A DNA stretch of 64,000 nt from Haliotis rufescens (lineage: Eukaryota), in assembly GCF_023055435.1 (NCBI RefSeq), contig NW_025963957.1:5146001-5210000 (forward strand). The letters run 5' to 3'. The notes under the pieces were generated by a model. That model had not been told where the DNA came from. It saw nothing but the letters and a program-made list of their open reading frames with translations, and did no database searches. The stretch's first letter is position 1. Each line of letters starts with the position of its first letter. This document shows positions 62,206-64,000 of the stretch, piece by piece. A program made the position numbers and the translations under genes.

Positions 62206-64000
62206 CATGGACATGCATCTGTATCAGCTTATAGTCTACATGTACAACCTGTGTGCAGGGTGCCCTGCTGTGTCATATCTTTCATCAGCGTCACATTGCA
62301 AACTTGTTTTGTAATCTACTGCAACCGTCTTAAAGAAAAATAGGAATAGTGTGTATTTCGTAAGCTGAATTCCTATAGTTTGTTGGTCGGTTTGTTGTTT
62401 AACGCCGCATTCAGCAATATTCCAGCTATATGACGGCGATCTGTAAATAATCGAGTCTGGACCAGACAATCCAGTGATTAATATCATGAGCATCGATCCA
62501 TGGAAATGGGATCGATGACATGCAGCAACCGCCTCTTGCGACAAGCATAGTCGCTTTTTACGGCAAGCATGGGTTGCTAAAGACCTTTTCTACCCCGGAT
62601 GAATTCATGTGATGTATTAGTCCGGTTAAAGAGTAGGTCCATAAATGACAGTCAATTGTTTCCCATCGTTGGTCATTTTATGCTTACGGGAATACGACTG
62701 TTACATTGATTCCGATTAAAGCTTTGGTTCAACATCGATGTGTAGAGTTGCGTCCCTTAGGTGTGACAGGGACCTATGCTCATGGGCTCGAATCCCAGAT
62801 TTACTGTGATTATGTTTCTAGGTTTGTCAGCACCCGGCCCGTTCTTGTGAATTTCACCTCATGTGTTAAACATCGAAACCACCCACATGCAGCTGACACG
62901 CCGTGATATAAACTCACAGTCTGTTCAAAGCGCCCTCAAACAAACCTCACTCACTCGAGATGAAACGTTCTGAATCGTTTCCAATTTTCCTCTTTACAAG
63001 GTTTCAAGGAAGTGATACTTCCTAAGAAGGGTTTTGTGTGGAATATTTCACATACCAGAGACATACCATCCATTCCTTACGTGTGTGGCTATTTAACTTG
63101 TTTGCTTTTTTTAAACGCATTTAAATTTTTTTATTAGTCATGTTCCAGTAGGAAACATTTCCTCTTATCCACAGCTAAAACTTCTACCCTGATTTGGACG
63201 ATAATAATGGCCAAAGCATCACAAGTCTCACAGAAGACCCGGGTTCGAATCCCGACATGGATTCATTGTCTTGATGTGACACAATGGAGGAAGCACATTC
63301 CTGGTCTCTGTGCCAAGCTCAAATCAATTCATATGCCCACGTGGGTATGCTTGAAGGGCAGAAAATAAGAATCCTCCATGATGACATTTTTCAATGTTAA
63401 AAAAGTCCAAGCTCCCTCCTTACTTTAGAAACAAATGGGACGAGAAACTTTTATTTTTATGTATCCCAACAGTCATGATACAAATCCCACAATAAACCCT
63501 ACAATACACATGGACATGGACACGCGGGTCAAAACTACATGTGAGTGTAACTAATTACTAACATTAGGAAACTTCAAATCATCACCATTTAACTCATTTT
63601 CTGGATAAAATTCCTCCATGGTTGTTTTTTGCTGTTCAAGGCCGTATCAAGCAATATTCCGGCTATATAGAGTCGACCTGTACGAGTCGGAACCAGACTA
63701 TCTGGTGATTGATATTATAACAACTATCGACGAGCACGGTGATACACAATGATCCGACCCGAGCACACGATCCATTGAATCGTCTCTTACTACATACACA
63801 GATTGCTGGGGGCCTCTGTAACCTGAATCCCAATGGGGTCTTACTGCTAAATGAAGGAGAACAAACAAGTTAAGAAGATATATGTTTAGTTGCTGTAGTA
63901 TTAGGAGTTGTACCTGTTTAATGTAAGGATCTAGACAAATAGGAATCCTGACAACTGTCTACCCACCAAATGTGGAAGCATTGTAAACACTTTGCAATGT

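Larger units (their letters stand above)
53141..64000. repeat. segmental duplication unit 3 (B'-A[LTR insertion, deletion]-B-C, runs off the right edge)
   Basis: 53141-54116 and 62206-64000 align with unit 2. A ~4-kb stretch equivalent to ~40681-44653 is missing at ~62737. Confidence 0.85.

Noticed and set aside
54115-62207. Canonical TG...CA LTR boundaries
   Set aside because: The inner LTR ends read CG rather than CA/TG, and this reading leaves no TSD relative to the empty paralogous sites.

Overview
Repeat-rich, intron-containing animal genomic DNA. It is probably a gastropod mollusc, which is an inference from the SINE repertoire and gene content and was not verified. Three assembly gaps: 2815-2942, 16267-16397, 52650-52819. 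Left third: five phase-compatible minus-strand exons of an ABCC/MRP transporter (L0 linker to TMD1, continuing off the left edge), and a six-exon minus-strand MS4A/CD20-like tetraspan gene (25433..12986, 204 aa by my splice model). From ~26.5 kb to the right edge lies a mosaic tandem segmental duplication of three units. It carries TRIM (RING, 2 B-box, coiled coil, NHL-like propeller) genes. Copy 1 has a CAA>TAA nonsense change, copy 2 is intact (679 aa), and a third copy is predicted just past the window. The paralogues differ mainly in propeller loops and in a 45-bp coding VNTR. One unit has expanded a single 23-bp monomer into a ~118-copy satellite. Another carries a very young 8.1-kb non-coding LTR element with 977-bp LTRs, unusual TA...TA termini, a CATG TSD, a tRNA-Ala PBS and internal stem-loop arrays. 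Also present: four SINE families sharing a covarying 3' stem, palindromic mini-elements with hammerhead-like cores, MITEs, hairpin-capped elements, and Tc1 and LINE relics. All calls were read by eye; repeat boundaries are approximate unless a TSD or splice site is cited.
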